From: Klebsormidium nitens
Lineage: Eukaryota; Plantae; Klebsormidiophyceae
Assembly (NCBI GenBank): GCA_000708835.1
Contig: DF237054.1
Coordinates: 62,001-126,000 of the forward strand
DNA length: 64,000 nucleotides
Direction of reading: 5' to 3'
The stretch's first letter is position 1; every line of letters begins with the position of its first letter. A program made the position numbers and the translations under genes. Shown here piece after piece: positions 13,744-24,700 of this stretch. The notes below the pieces were generated by a model that was not told the DNA's origin, did no database searches, and saw only the letters and a program-made list of their open reading frames with translations.

Positions 13744-14625
13744 AATACTAAACTGTGTCGGCTCTGGAATCGCTGGGACCGGACCCGGGAGCTTTCGCCG
13801 CACAACTAGGCCGCTGTAGAAGCAGCGGCTCAAGGCTCAGGGGCCAGGGCGGCTCAGGCTGGCTCAGCCCACCCACTACGGTATTATGCAATGTCCTGAA
13901 GGCTGAATGTCGACACTCAAGAGTGCTACTTTATACTCCGTCGAGTACGTGACTGCCCCGTGACTGCTCCGATCACCGTGTGAATCACCCCGGCTGTGGA
14001 TCACCCCGGCTGAATGTTGTCATGCACAGCTAGCACCATCCAAGGGAGTCGGGACCGGGTTACCTAGGTAGATGCCTTCCCTGACAGTGATTTTGGAAAC
14101 GTGTTCCTGATCACTACAGCTTGGATGGGTCTCCTGATCACTTCTTGACAAAGTATGAGAGCTGGCTGCAGCTTATTTTGATGTTAAGCAATTCGAGATG
14201 AGAAGAAAGCATCTTTGGTGAGAGCAATGCATTAAGCAAACAATTGAATCATACTCAATCACCTACCGGGATCAACACTCCCGGCCCCCGGACTCCCGGA
14301 GTCAAGTTCTTTCCAGGAGAGCCATCATGCCATGCATTATGCATGGTCCTGCCAGGTCAGCCTGCTGAGGATAAGTCCAGATTTACCGGTAGATAGATTT
14401 CTTTTACCTCCTCTGTCCTCTGTACCTCTACGTCTCTCGGGTGTGACGTCATAGCCAGTGGCATTAAGCTGAAATGTTTGCGCAAATGTTTAATATTCCT
14501 GTGTTGCATGGCCGCTGATCATTCAGCGCATGCATGATGCCGCACCCATCCTGCAGCTAGTCCTAGGATCCTACCGGTACTATGTTGTCGGCAGGCTACA
14601 GTAGTCTTTTGACTCTGATACCTCT

Positions 14626-14632
14626 TATAAAG
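14626..14632 (+). promoter_or_regulatory. Putative TATA box of the secreted EGF-domain gene
   Basis: TATAAAG about 160 bp upstream of ATG 14789. Confidence 0.45.
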
Positions 14633-14788
14633 ACCGGGAAAAGGCGCAGCATTCACAAGAAGCACTCCAACCACTTTTCTCACAGGCGCTTTGCTGCAGC
14701 TTGCCCGTAAAATTCTGCCAAGAGCTCGACAGACTTAGAGTGCCTGCCCTGGGGTGTCCAGCATACTAGCGAGCAGCTGGTTGCCAAG

Positions 14789-17700
14789 ATGATGCTCCGC
14801 TGTACCGTTGCTCTGTTCCTGATTGCGAGCTGCCTCTCTCTTCCTACGGCAACTCTTTCTCAGTTCTCCATTGTTGATTACGACTTTTCCTGCGGCACTG
14901 GCTTCATTCCCGTGCAAGAGTCCCCCACCTCTGAACCGGACTGTTATTCTGATCCATGCTACGGAAATCCTGGTCCCTGCGGTGCAGGTAAGAGAGCCAT
15001 TGACCTTGATATACAATCGCAGCCAGTGTAAGTTAGCATCATTGCTCAGCGGAAGACTCGACCTTGAAACTTCAGGGAATGCTGCTAGTTGGACCAGCCT
15101 CGATTGTCATTCGACCAAGGGCTTTCTACCAGGCATGCGGTCATATATATGCTCAGATGATATTTGATGAGCAGGCATGGTACAGCAAAAAGGGGGTTTC
15201 TACAAGAAAAGATGTATGGGAGAAAGGGCATGTTTCAGCTGCCCTTGATGCTCTTCCTGTCCAGATGTTGTCCGCCAAGTCTATATTACTGAATGTCACG
15301 CTCCATGTTCCCTCTCCAAGCATTTCCAAATTGTGTCCATCTATGGGAAGCTTTTAAGTCCGTAACACACGTGGTCCCCTGCCCTCCGCATCCAGATATT
15401 TCGTGCTTTTTTTGTTGCTCCTCTCTTCTGCATTCGCAGATTAAGATGGAGAACATGCACAACAAGAGTCTTTCCAGCCGCTCCTCAAAGAACATCATGC
15501 CAAGGTGGCACGTAGCAAGGTCACGTGAAATCCATGCTTTCACTCATTGCTCATCAAAGTGGTGTAGCTCTGCAGGTAACCAGTGTACGGTCAAGGGGAC
15601 CACCGTCTTGGGGCTTACCATCCTCGAGTCTGTGTGTACCTGTCCGGCCCCATCCGTAGTCAGCCACATCGTCTACGTAGACTTCTGCTACGTGCCAGGT
15701 ACATGGGTTAAGGGTTGTTTCTTTTCTCTGACTCCTCCACCTTCTTCCTTCAAACTCGATTCTGTGGTCAATAGTGTTTTGAACCCGACGTGGACGAAAG
15801 GCTAGGTACATGTTGACCAAACACGGTTAGAACCACTTGAGCCTGGTTTTCTTGTGTCTACATTCTGGAACATGGATTCGTGTGTTGTGCTTGTGAGCTG
15901 CATGTTGGCGCCATTTGATTTTCATTAACCGTGCTCTAAAAGACGGTTTGTCCCAATCAAGAGGAATTGTGCTTCCATCAAAAGGTATTTGCTCCAATCA
16001 AAACGGGTTTTTGCTCCAGTTAATCAGGATGAGAAGACTCTAGACAGTCTCTAGTTGAAGGGTACAGTTACAGCTTACCTAACTTTGCAATGCAGGGACT
16101 GATCGATGCAATCCCAACCCATGCAAGAACGGAGGCACGTGTGAGGCAGTCACAGACTTCAATGGTGTCAAAGGTGCCTTCGTTTGCACCTGCCCTCCCA
16201 CTCTCGAGGGGACCACTTGCGAACTCCCGTAAGTTTGATGGCTGTGTGAGTGTGGGAGTCCAAAACCATATGGGAAGATGACAGTTGCTTAACCTGGTCG
16301 ACCGCTGGCAGCTTGCAGTGTCACTCGTCTTCCTCTCACAGGATGAAACTTTCCTGACCAAGATGCATCAACTTCTGCTCCGAGCTGGGTTGCCTAAGTA
16401 GGACACATCGGTCCACCCTCACTTGACACAATCATTTGTCACCGTTCTTCTCACTCAACAGTGGCCAAGTCCGATTGGACCGTCTTGGTTTATGTCCCCT
16501 TGTACTTCACTAGGAAGCTAAAACGAAACGCGATGTGCTGTTTGTGCTCACAGGACGCTATCGTGTCCAAAACCGACTGAGTAAGGTTCCCTATGTCAGC
16601 GTCAACCGGAATGCATTCTTTTGACTGCACGTATGACCACTCCTTCAACCAAAGAACATGCCGACTCAAAGCCCAAATAGAGGTCAACAAGGGTTCATTG
16701 TAACGGCCGCTCTCGTTGTTTTTGTGTACAGATCCAGACAGCCAAGACCCATCCCAATTGTCAGAAATGGAACTCGCCCGCCCACCCCACCGCCTACCCC
16801 GCCTCCCAGCCCCGCTCCTACCGTTGCCATCATCGGTATGAGAAAGCTCATTGTTTTGTTTACTTTACTTTTGGGTAGCGATCTGCTGCGGACTTTCTTG
16901 GACTGTCCTCAGTTGCTTGCACGAGGAGGGCACGAGGTTCTTGTCTTTCTTAGATGCTCCGCTGCTTGCTGTTGGAGCGCGTGCAGTTGAAAGCAGTTCA
17001 GAACACCGGAGAAAACGTTGCCCTCGTACCTTGTCACCGTACTATAAATGATAGCCCCGTTTAAGATCGTTGTGAGGCCACTTCGATCTTAAACGTACTC
17101 AGGTTTTCAGGCTATTTTGATCTTAAACGTTGTGTCAGACCATTTTGATCTTAAAAGCTGAATTTCTGAGATCAAAACGGCCTCAGCAAACGATCTTAAA
17201 CCGGGTATTGATTTCTTCATAAGAACTACTCTGGCGCGCTTTTTGCGCTTGACCAATCCTGGAGTTGGCAGCTTTGCTTTCCGGATTCTTACACGTTGGC
17301 ATTGGGATCGGTATAGCACAGCACGAACCTTCCTACACTAAGGGGAAAGTACCTACCATTTATTCAGCCCTAATTTCGAGGGATTTAGAACGCTGACTAG
17401 CTTTCCAAGTTATCATGGTGGTTATCTGCTTGGCTGCCCTTCAAACAGGCACAAATTGTCCAAACCGGGCTCTTCTTGCTCACAGGGGACCAAGGCGTGT
17501 GCGGCAAACCGGGGGAGCCGTTTGGCTTCCCGGTGAGATGCTACTTCAACAGCGATCCGCAGGTCAGTAGAGTTTTTTCTCGGGTCCCGGCGTTCTGTAA
17601 CTCGTCTATCTTCTGTGGGAATGTCTTTGGTTTACATGCGTCGCAACCCAGTTAATTTCTGCAGGCTTTTTGGGGTTGAGAATTTGAGCCAGTCAAACCA

Positions 17701-19049
17701 CGGGAGCTATTGTTCTGCTGATCTAGAATCAGGCTACCTTCGAAACAAGGGGTGAAGTCAGTGAGCCAGTCACTAAGACTCTTGCGTCTACGCTTCTTGA
17801 TTTGGATGTGCTGGATTAAGTTCGTAGCAAATTTCAGTCAAAATCCATTTGAAAGACTCAGAATAACCACCTGCAGGGCCGGTACGTCTGCTGCGATAAC
17901 CAAGGCTGCAACGGATTCAACGCCGATAACCTCACCCCACGCTGCAAGAACTATGGACACGTGCCTTTCAACTTCGGCTTACCAGTTCCTACCATTGGCG
18001 ACCAAGGTAAAGATTCAAGTTGGTTTGGCCAGGAATCAATCCTGCAAGTGGTTCCAGTGTGTTTGTTGTATGGCTCTATGTTTCTGCACCTTTGAACTCC
18101 TGATCAGCATTTCGGGGTTCGGGGCCGTTTTAGATACTGCACCATTTCAGTCAAGTTTCTGCTGCCTCTTGAAGTAGTACTTTCGCCTACAGAGCTGTTG
18201 GCTGAACTTTCACGTGCGCAAGAAGGCTAGAAGTATCAGGGCGGGCTTGTGACTGTGAGAGTAGAGACCGACTGATTTCATCAGGGGCACTAGAATCGCC
18301 ACCAACAGTGAACACATCGTCCAACTAGAACCGCGAGCTTTTGTAGCCTGACTGGGCCGCTTTGCGTTTGAAACCAAGCCAAGCTGGAACTTGTATTCGT
18401 AGGTCACTGCCGTTTGACTTTCTGTTTGCATCCCTTTCAGCGACCTCGAACACCTCTGACACCACCTGCGAAGAGGCCCGAAAGGACCCTCTGCTGGTGG
18501 AGTTCAGGTTGCTCTAAAGTCTCTCACACATACGAGAACTTTGTCTGGATAGCCTTCAACTAGCTTTTCCTGTCCTGAATAGTCCTTTCAAATGAAACAA
18601 CGGAGATCAGAACTCGCATCGGTGCTTGATTTGATAAGTTCTGTGAAGAATTGAACTGGAGACCCATGATTGCATACTTACTTTACCGCTGCTGCCGCCC
18701 CCCGTGCCGCTCGGAGGAGAGGAGATCCCAGGGGAACCCCTCGGCTTCCGGGACAAGTCTCTGCTTAGGGTTATTTGCAGCCCCTACCATTTGATGGAAT
18801 ATTACGTCCTCCGGATCCAGGACTAGAAAGTCCTCACCCGTCTGAATCAAACCCGCTTTTCCCGCAGGCCTTTGCGGTAAGCCAGGCTCAGCCGTCGATT
18901 TCCCCAATCGGTGCTGGTTCAACACCGACCCCCTCCAGCGATACGTCTGCTGCGACGTTCACGGGTGCAACGGGTTCAACGATGATAACCTGATTCCGCG
19001 CTGCAGAAATGCCGGCTATGTGCCCTCAAACTTCGGCCGCCCGAACTAG
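14789..19049 (+). CDS. Secreted protein (315 aa): signal peptide, 2 EGF-like domains, Pro-rich linker, 2 tandem 6-Cys domains
   Basis: Exons 14789-14987, 15576-15698, 16096-16228, 16732-16835, 17486-17562, 17877-18006, 18868-19049, all with compatible phases. Canonical EGF: CNPNPCKNGGTCE...FVCTCPPTLEGTTCE. Linker PTPPPTPPPSP. The two C-terminal repeats align without gaps. Confidence 0.85.
17054..17205. mobile_element. MITE-like element (~152 bp) in intron 4 of the EGF gene
   Basis: Imperfect ~40-bp terminal inverted repeats with a perfect 13-bp core (GTTTAAGATCGTT 17059-17071 / AACGATCTTAAAC 17189-17201). TA flanks both sides. GATCTTAAA occurs at 17085, 17119, 17147 and 17192. Confidence 0.55.
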
Positions 19050-21770
19050 GGTAAGCAGCTGAAACCCTGTTTTGGTTTCAGAGAACTCAGGGATAAGTCT
19101 CATGTTCAAAGTGGGTCCGACAAGGGTTTGTTTTCTTCTCCGTCGCCCAGTGGACGGACTCGTCAGTGCATCGGTAACTCGGCGGGCAACGCTGTGCTCA
19201 GGGCCAGAACAACTGAGCGTATGAAGGCGTTAGCCCTTGACTGGATCACCAAAGAAGTTTTCGAAGTTCACGGTCTCCGGTCAAATTGCTTGTACATTCC
19301 GGCATTTCAAAAGGCACCTTTTACATTTTGAAATGTTTGCTGCTCATCATATAACTGCTTTCGCTTCGTCGTTGGCTGCGGATTGCTCAACGACACTCGA
19401 CGAAGAAAACTATGAGATTGACAAAACTTGGTGCAACTCTGAGGTCACTCAATTGGAAGTTCTCTTGATTCCGGCATCCGTTCCAACCCTCTCTTGACCG
19501 GCCAGTACCGTTTTACTCGCATGCAGGAGTGTGCGGCTCAGGAGCCGCGCCGCGGCCGCCTTCTACTAGCAATATTCGGAGCCGGGCTTTTTACAAAGAG
19601 CCGCCGGTAGGGAGCATGTCTACTGAGTGTCTTTGCCAAGTCTCATATAGGGTTTGTCTCTTGACCATTCTTTATATGCGGACTAGGTACCCACTAGCTA
19701 GCCGATCCAGGTTTTGCCCGCACGGTAGATCGACACCCAACGACAACGATTTTGATCACTAATCGAGCAGTTTATAGAGCGGGCCACTGTCAGTGCAGGG
19801 AAACTAGACTGCCGCCCTCAGTTGTCTGTCCAATGAGTAATCAGCGACTTGTAGATGCCGGTTTCGTTTGTGAAAGAAAAGAGCAATAGTTTGTATCGGA
19901 AAGTAGGACAGGTACCGGTGAGAGTGTTTGGACCAGAACGTCGCGTCACGTGGCACCGCTTTGCTTCCTCGCACACTGCAACGACAGTCGTCATCCATGT
20001 ACCATCCTCTTTGCTTTGCGTTTTTGTACGGTAGTCAAAATTTTGTCTGTCGTCCTGGCTTCCAATTACTGACTTGAAAAGCCGGATTCTGATCGACACA
20101 ATACGAGAATCTGACTGGCTTCACGAAAAACAGGTGCGTAGCGCATGAGGGCGGGAGGGGGGGGAAGTTTGGAATAAGGTCGCTTCTTAGAACGCTTGCA
20201 GAGCGGATTAATTCCTAGGGCGCTTTCAGAGAGCAAATGCTCGGAATGAAAGCATTCTCTACTCATTCATCATGTTTATAGCTACTTTTACTCACTTCGA
20301 TCTGCTTTTTCTCACTTCGAGCTGATGATGTCAATGTCAATCATGCTCAATGCGGAGGCTTGCGCTTATTGATTATGATCGACAAATCTGGCATGTCGCT
20401 TCTCGAAATCCACAACACTCCCAATTATAGCTTTACTAGTATATCAATGAAATGTTTGAGAAATGGAGAGCTCTTTTTTGGTGTAATTGGGAGCATGCAG
20501 CTTTGAATGCATTGACGATGCACAATACGGAATCTTCATATCTCATTTAAGCACCTCTAAAAGCATTCGTCACCAATACTCAAAATATAAAAGCTCCATT
20601 TCTCAAACGTCCGGTCATGTATCTCTATATTCGATCAAGGGGGAACAAAAAAAGACCGCAGTGAAGATCAATGTGCTGTTACAATTACTTAGGGTCTCAA
20701 AACCAATTTTGGAAGATTGGAAACGTCATTTTTCATGCTAGGATTTTCCCTCCGCCATATCACCTCTTCTTTCCCGCTTCCTTCCTTCCTAACACTACAA
20801 TTAGCATACCAGATTAAAGTACAGTTTGCGAGCAATGTTGGCAACTTTGAAGGCACCTAAGCCAGAGACTGAGCCCAAACGGTTGCATCAACGAAAGGGC
20901 TTTGCTAGCTAACTTTACATGAACCATCGAACCATCGCTAACTGCCCTTGGCCCTTGCAGCCGGGGCTGCTTCGGAACGTTCGCCGTGAATCAGCAACTC
21001 GCTGTCTTCCGCAACGACTTTGCATCTATGCACAACGCCCCCGTCTGCGAGAAAGGACACGACGTGAGCAGCAGCCAAAGAAGTGGGGCGAAGGTAACGT
21101 CAGCCGAAAGGGGGAGCAACGTCAGCAGCGAAACCCATTGGAAGGCGGTCTTACGAAGCTTCGAAAGATAAGTTGCACTAGAGTTCGGTAGATAGCGCAA
21201 AGGCCGCTCCCAAAAACAGGGGTTATGGACGAATTCCTCACGTGACGCAAACCCAAACTCAGCAGTTTTAAACCTGAATCTGACAATCTTTTCACACAGA
21301 ACGTCCTCACTCTTTACCACCCCTGCGTCCCACTATAATAAAAATACAACCAAACGACTATTTCTCATTTTAATGGAAGCAAGCAAAGTGCCTGCCACCG
21401 GCAGAGAATTCATTTTTAAAACCAGGTGAAGAATATGACCGCCCCCTTGATCTCGACGGCCCAGTTTTTGCATCGCCACTGCAGCACGTTCGACGGAATG
21501 TTGCACGTTTGGGACAACAATGACTTTCCCTGGGAACAACCCGCGACATAATTGCCCGTACAATAAAAACGAACGCCTCAATCTCAACGCCCTCATTCGT
21601 CTGCTTCCACTGCACTCGTTGCACCGAAAACGAAGTCTGACTAGCTTCCACTGCTCACGACTGGCCTCTAACGGGGGGCGTCGTGCGACTCGAAATGCCT
21701 CGGCCACAAAATAGCCCGTATGCCCGCATTCGGCACCACGTGATCGGATTCTTGGCGACACGAAGACAGG

Positions 21771-24700
21771 TTATTCTGCGAACGGGCCGCCGCGAACCGA
21801 CGTGGTTAGACGCCCCTTTTAAGCGAACCTCAAACAGCGCCACTCACCGTCGATTCCCTCGTTCGACTGGATCCACTGCAGGCCCGCCCGACTCGACACG
21901 CCTTGCACTCTGACCGGATCGACATCGCTTTGCTTGCCCAGCAGCTTCAGCCAGCCCGTCGCAACTAGAGCGAAGTCGCTCTGGTTCGTGTGCTTCGTGC
22001 CCCGGATCGTCAGCAGCTCGATCGCGCCCCCGGCTTTCCGTTTCGCGGCCGTGAAGCGCTCCCGGCACGCGCGCAGGTTCGCCCACTCGAACGCTTCGGA
22101 GTGGACGGAGATGACCGGGGCCTTCCCGGCGGCGCGGCGGTACTCCTCCTGCGTACCCACAATAAAAAGCGGGTTAGGACAGGGTTAGGACAGGGTTAGG
22201 CAAGGGTAAGCAAGAGTTAGGCAAGGGTGAGAGCACACTCAAGGGATGGGTAGGGCATGATCCAGGGCGGCTTGCGGGCACCTCAAAGGTGGGTGTGGAA
22301 TGATTAGCGGATGAGTTCCCCCCATATTTCGAAACTTGGAGTGAGGACACGGAGCCAAACCTGGCCACCAAAAAAGCATTCCTGTGAACCAACGGAGATT
22401 CATGCTAGAGCAGAGGGGATAGGGGCGGTTCAACACATGAACGGGCCTGACGGAGTGATAACGCCTGATCAGCCTACAGCTTTCCAAAAAAACGAAGAGT
22501 GGAGCGCTTCCGGCCGCACAAAGAATTCCTGAAAGGAAACGTTGAAAGGGGTTCGAACCGGCTAGAGGCCAGAGTGTTCTGTCTCAAAAGGAGTACTGAG
22601 AACACAGAGTTTGACAGCGACTCTGGAACACCGAAATGAATCTAATAAATCTGCCAAGCTCGAACACAATGCGCCATCCTAGCGCTCGGTCTTGGGGGGC
22701 AACCAAGTGACAGTGGGGAATTTTAACAGTGACGTTGAGGTGCTGCGGCCACATTATCCCAGTTTTTGTGTTGCCCGGGGTTTCCCTGCGACAACCGTCC
22801 AGGAATCACCAATAATGTGCGACGAACCAGAAGCGACCAATCAACGGTATTTTGACAAATCCAGTCAGCGGGGACTGTATAGCGGACTAGCCGTGCATGT
22901 GTGCAGAAGAAAAGACTCAAACGCCGGTAAAATAAAATTGGCGAAGATTACTCAATTACCGAAAACTGCTCCCAACAGCAGTCCAGCGCGGCGCACGCTG
23001 CGAGAGCCCTGATCCGTCTGTCCTTTGATTTCACTCCAAACTCTATCTGCGCAGAAGCCGAACGCATCGCAGCAAACCCACCTCTCCAAACGGCTCCCAC
23101 CAGCAATCCAGCGCCACGCACGCCTTGGAACGTGCTTCTTCTTTGACCATTTTCTCGTTTAATATTTCTAAGCAGTTTCTTCAGGTGACGGATTGAAGCA
23201 GAGTCAAACACATCGAACCAAACCCACCTCCCCAAACGGCTCCCACCAACAATCCAGCGCCACGCACGCCTTGAAGCGGCTATCGAGCCCGCACGTCGTG
23301 ACCGCCGTCGCCGCTCCGAATGAATGCCCCGTCGCCGAAACACGTGAGAGATCCAGCTTGCCCTTGAACCATGCGGGGTCGAAAGTGGTCGTTCCGGCAA
23401 CGTTATCGGCCAGGGAAACAAGCCCACTGTCGAGAGCTGTTGCGAGATCGAGTGTGGCGCGAACCTCTGCAACGCGCTGCGAGGAGACGAGATAACAATC
23501 AGAAAGAACGCCTGGAGAATGCATCGAAAGAAACCGTACGAAAATGAGACCATCTGACGTGCTTTGCAAAAGGGGAGCTAAGCTTCTGAGGTGGAAAACT
23601 GAGATTGGTTGGCTAGTAAGCTGTATCAATGGACAAGTCAAATCACAGCAAAGGGTCGCAAAAATCATCGCCAGACTCGTCAACCGAGTGCAGACTGACT
23701 CCGATTGAGCAACAAGGATTCTATCCGGATGTCACTGTCGGCCTTCAGCAGCGGTGCTACCACCGGTTCAGGACACACCGTTTTGTCGGGACAAACAACT
23801 GGGGCGCGTGCTTACGTGCTAACAGCTGTCGGTGGCGCATTTGCACAGCTTACCTGTGGCTGACTGATAAAACAAATCCTTACAATCAACTGTCGGGGCG
23901 TGGGCTTACGTGCAAGAACTGCGGGTGGCGCAACTCCATAGCTTATTTGCCAAAGCCGAGGCGCTTTGTAAGAATAGATCTTGTCACTTGCCGATAAGAC
24001 TTAATCATTACGAACAGATGAACGGAACAGGGGCTTACATGCAAGAGCTGCCGGTGGCGCACTTCCATAGCGTCCTTGCCATAGCCGAGGTGTGTGAGGA
24101 ACTGGTACTTGTGGGTAATACGTCCTTCGGCGTCCACCTCAGCGTAACGAGATGCGCTGGCGGTGCCGTCGCGGTGCTCCAGAGAAATGACAACTAGAAG
24201 AAGGGAGAAATATGGGTCAAATTCATGAAAGTGATGGTTTTAGAATATCGCCCCTTCGCGTCCACCTCAGCGTGATAAGACATGCAGGCCCGGTGCTCCA
24301 GAGAAATGACAACTAGGGGAGGTAAACTATGGGTTAACGCTGAAAGCGAAATTTGTGAAGTATCCGCCCCTTCGCATCCTCCTCAGCGTGACCTCATCGT
24401 GACCTCAGCCCCGAAAGCTTGTGAATGTGGCTGTCGCTTCGAACCTCAACCCGAAACTCAGGTGAACGAGGTCGCAAAGGTTTGGGGCTGCCCTCGTGCG
24501 CCAGGTTCTATCCGACCTGTCTTCGAATCTGTGGGATTTGTGGGCTCCGCTTGGAACTTTCAATAAACAGAGACAATTAAGGAGGAACATGAGGAGAAAA
24601 AGAGGAGAAAGGTTTGAAGGAGAAGCCATGGCAGCATGGATTCAAGACCCCTCGTTTGGAAAGGGGTACCATAGCTACCCAAAGCCTGAGGCAGCGAAAA

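Noticed and set aside
16954-17051. Alternative terminal exon for the EGF gene (DAPLLAVG…YYK*)
   Set aside because: It is phase-compatible, but the downstream exons give a coherent duplicated Cys domain, so it is at most a minor isoform.
19505-19570. Helitron-like 3' end (GC hairpins then CTAG); similar candidate near 51500-51541
   Set aside because: Weak or atypical hairpin or flanking base, no 5' TC end identified and no second copy in the window.
20937-21171. Possible plus-strand exon (CTAAC…TTGCAG acceptor at 20960, RGCFGTFAVNQQ…)
   Set aside because: No convincing upstream coding exon or homology, so it cannot be supported as a gene.
22171-22230. Interstitial telomere
   Set aside because: The unit is 11 bp and lacks contiguous TTAGGG or TTTAGGG repeats. 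It is better explained as duplicated CTAAC branch points.
22545-22565. tRNA T-loop-like GGTTCGAACC
   Set aside because: No acceptor stem or cloverleaf can be formed around it.
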